From positions 8,928,001 to 8,992,000 of the forward strand of contig OZ249440.1 in the NCBI GenBank assembly GCA_965235115.1: a DNA stretch of 64,000 nt, read 5' to 3'. The notes beneath the pieces were generated by a model. The model was not told the origin of the DNA. It worked only from the letters and a program-made list of their open reading frames with translations, and did not search any database. The position numbers and the translations under genes are program-made. Source of the stretch: Laetmonice hystrix. Lineage: Eukaryota. Each line of letters opens with the position of its first letter. Position 1 is the stretch's first letter. Of the stretch, positions 60,760-64,000 are shown piece after piece.

Positions 60760-63700
60760 TGTCAGGGGAGGGACGTTCCAACCGGCCTGGTATTGTCTGT
60801 CGCTTGAAAGGCAACAAAACTTAAGCGATGCAACTCGCAACCGCCAGTTAATTACATTACGGTGTTGATCTGTGCTATCCATGTAAAGCAGAGCTAAATT
60901 TAGCATGTCTATTGAATCCGACCGATCAAAGTGATTATTAACCGTTACGTCCACAGAGTGAGCTGTTCTGTAAACTCGGTTCTGAAGCAAGGCAAGATTT
61001 GAATTCCTTTTAGAGCGATCTCCCACCGTGAAACTGATCTACGAAAGCTGATAGTTTTGTGGGATTTAGGAAAATGCAGCCGAAGCTTCTGGTGAAAATA
61101 AGGGGGAGGGGGGTCCTTTCAAAAGAAAGTTTGTTTTTTTCTCTCGATCTTATAGAATTTGCTTTTGTGAACAGCCTGGATGTTGTGCAAGGCGTACCAG
61201 TTATTGCTATGACACAACAGAGCAGTCTTCCATTGCCTGTGTGACTGAACATTCCCACCCTTTTCCTGTTCTTGTAACACCTTTCTGAGCAATGTCGCAT
61301 ATTTGACATGAACATTAACCAAGAACTGCGCTCCAGTCCAACCAAGCGTTCTCCACATTGCGAATACTGCGTCAGGCTATATAGTGCGGTAGATCGTGTT
61401 TAACGTCATGACGTTACGTTCTGCCCTCATCCTGCCAGTATGAATGACACGGCGCGAATACAAACCATGTGTCTGTTCATACCTGTCAGTACAATATCTA
61501 ATACCTGACATTGTGTTCCCAAACTGGTTCCACCCAGTCGTCGGTCGACACTGGTACACTGTTTCTATCCGTCATTCAATAGTGGATGAAACGTCAGAAT
61601 GTCGCTACAGATATGGATATATGAACAAGAAGTGGCGACGTTTTGCCGACCGGGGTGGGGGAAAGATTGACATCGTCCCAACAATGTGGAAGAGAAATCA
61701 GTCTAGCTCTAGCATTTCTTCCAACCATACGTTTTTTTCTCTCAGCAGTGTTTCTCCCTTCGTAGTTTTCTTACCACAGAAGTGGATTTTATCAGTTGTA
61801 ATGGGATGGCAGGGGGAATAAAATAAGATGTAGCTTTGAAGAGACCTGTACCTAGCCTTTATAAAGGATCACATTTAAACACATTAAATGGGACAAAGTG
61901 GAAAGAGGCGGAGAGAAAACAAAGAAAAGATCTATGCACAGATGGAAAGGAAGTGTGTAATATTGTGGCGGCTTTTGCTGACCATGCCGTGAAAACAACG
62001 ATTCAGATTGGATAAAGAATCAAAATATGGACCCATACAAAATGGTGGACCAAGTACATCTAATTTAGGGACCGTCCCTTATTGGCAAGGCTGGGTGATA
62101 TGATAGCGGGGTGGAGGGTGAGGATATGTTACTGCCGTCCTATACAACTCTACCTAACCGGCTGTAAGTCTGGTCAGGATCAAGGCGGGCGGGGGTGGGG
62201 TGGGGTGGGGTGGGGTGGGGGTGGGTGGGGTGGGGGTGGGTGGAGGGACGCCGGTCCTCAACAACAGGACGTGATCCTCTCACAAACCCAGACGTGACCG
62301 CCACCAGGGGCGCCACCCGTCTCACCACCCGACACCTCCCAACCCACACGCCTGCAGGGAGAAAGTTTTTAGAACGTGTCAGACTTAACACTGTCCACCC
62401 GAGGCGTGGACAAAATCGATTAGGTAATCACATAGCTGCATGTGGCAAGCGGCTGGTTTGGGTGGGATTTGGATTGCCATGGTGTCGGCATGGAAAAAAA
62501 AGATCCCCGCACATAGCGGTGATATGGGAATCACAGACGACACTGGATCATATCATAATGAAATGAACTATCGGGAGTCTGCCATACTGTCATGTAGCGT
62601 GATGTTGAAATACACTTGCCAACATTTCTGAGGTGTACAACCAGTAGTGGATATTTCTTACCGGTTTGTGACTAGGGATTATGTGTTTGAAAGATTGGGG
62701 ATCTTATAAAGTTGTAAAAGTAAGTTGAGGGTGGGTGTTGTGTAGTTAAGTAAGCTTTGTTGCCAGTCACCTGTTCACTTAATCGAGGAGACAATATAAG
62801 AGAGCTCTTCTTCTCAAATATCCGGATCGTTGATAAAAGAATATGAAACTAATATGCATGGAAATGATGCCTCATTGTTTGAGGCGTTTCCTGGCCTGAA
62901 CAGGTAACCTAATGATGGGGGTTTCATTTGAAGCCGGGAGTAGGGAAACCGCTATCGACTGCGTGTCGAGTTCCACCACGTTTAGTCGGCACAGTAGCCT
63001 CTCATTTGGCCGATGGAAGGTGATGGCATGGCGGCCATACAAAAGTACACCACAGACCCTGCCCTCCCCTTCCTCGACCTGATGTTATCTGGGGCAAGTT
63101 ACATTACTGGGAATGGGATTGATTACACAAGTGTCGTTTATCCTCTCAGCTGAAAAGATAAGTGTGGTGAAAGTTTTTAACTTGGTGTACGGCCAACCAA
63201 CTCCTGCCCCCCTACCCACACCCACCTTCTCCTGCACCCACCGGGCCTCAGTGATTACGGTAAGGACTGTATGAAAGCGCTGGGACCCCTCCATCGACCA
63301 CTCCCTGTGTGCCCTACAAGCCATCTAAATGTCCTGGAGTATCTCTTAGCAGGGGGTCGCACACAGTTATAGTCTAAGATGTTTGGCAGTGGTTCCATCT
63401 GTCCTGGCGCCGAACTCCATGCAGAGGGACGACTGTGCTCAGGTTTCTAAGTGGGCCCGACATCACTTGTAGGGCTATGGCCGGTACTGAGCAGACCCCT
63501 CGCCACATCAGAGTCGGCAGCCGGGATTCTGCTCGTCGTATTAAGGCAGATGCCCTTTTATCTAGTCAGCGAGTACACCTTCAGGCTTGACCACAGTAGT
63601 TTTAGTGCTGTTGATGTGTCAGTGAAGGGGTTAGGGGGTTAGGCCCACCGAGGATATCTTGACGACACGCAGTGTACTACAGTTTGCAGATTTACTGCGG

Positions 63701-63875
63701 TATGACCCTCTAAATGTGACTGTCTATGAACTGGTGCTGTGAGGTTAATTTGGTCCTTTGATTAGGACTATTAAATGGTGATTATTTTTAAAGTCCTTGG
63801 TCGATGTTTGAGAGTGGTATACATGGTAGTAGTATAGGTAAAGTGGAGTATCAATCGGGTAGCGAATTATATTAA

Positions 63876-64000
63876 GTAGTATGTTTAAAGTGCCACTTGT
63901 TTCATTGAGTCGTGTAAGTAGTATGTTCAAAGTGCCAGTTGCTTCATTGAATCGTGTAAGTAGTATGTTCAAAGTGCCACTTGTTTCATTGAGTCGTGTA
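63876..64000. repeat. 42-bp tandem repeat gtaagtagtatgttcaaagtgccacttgtttcattgagtcgt, running off the window end
   Basis: About three copies visible. Confidence 0.9.

Noticed and set aside
59930-61026. 295-aa and 152-aa Pro/Thr- or Trp/Gly-rich ORFs
   Set aside because: Translations of the 30-bp minisatellite.

Overview
Eukaryotic (metazoan, probably marine-invertebrate; inference) genomic DNA, not prokaryotic. The one gene I recognise is a TIA1/TIAL1 (TIAR/Rox8) orthologue on the + strand. Three small exons (16382-16393, 16474-16505, 16671-16767) splice in frame to [47 protein letters not shown], the start of RRM1. I could not find its next exon, so 16768-64000 is probably one very large intron. 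The left 15 kb is gene-dense. It holds a candidate multi-exon minus-strand gene with Cys/His motifs, a + strand coding exon of an unidentified Gly-rich protein (7195-7383), and several non-autonomous DNA transposons, including a TAG-ended element with a 9-bp TSD nested in a TTAA/piggyBac-type element. The right 49 kb contains decayed LINE fragments, all recognisable ones antisense to TIA1, interleaved with about 15 unrelated minisatellite arrays (13-70 bp units), some apparently amplified in situ from LINE sequence. Most long ORFs in the supplied track are repeat artefacts. I found no intact transposase, RT, CRISPR array, rRNA or bona fide tRNA, and no convincing novel multi-gene system.
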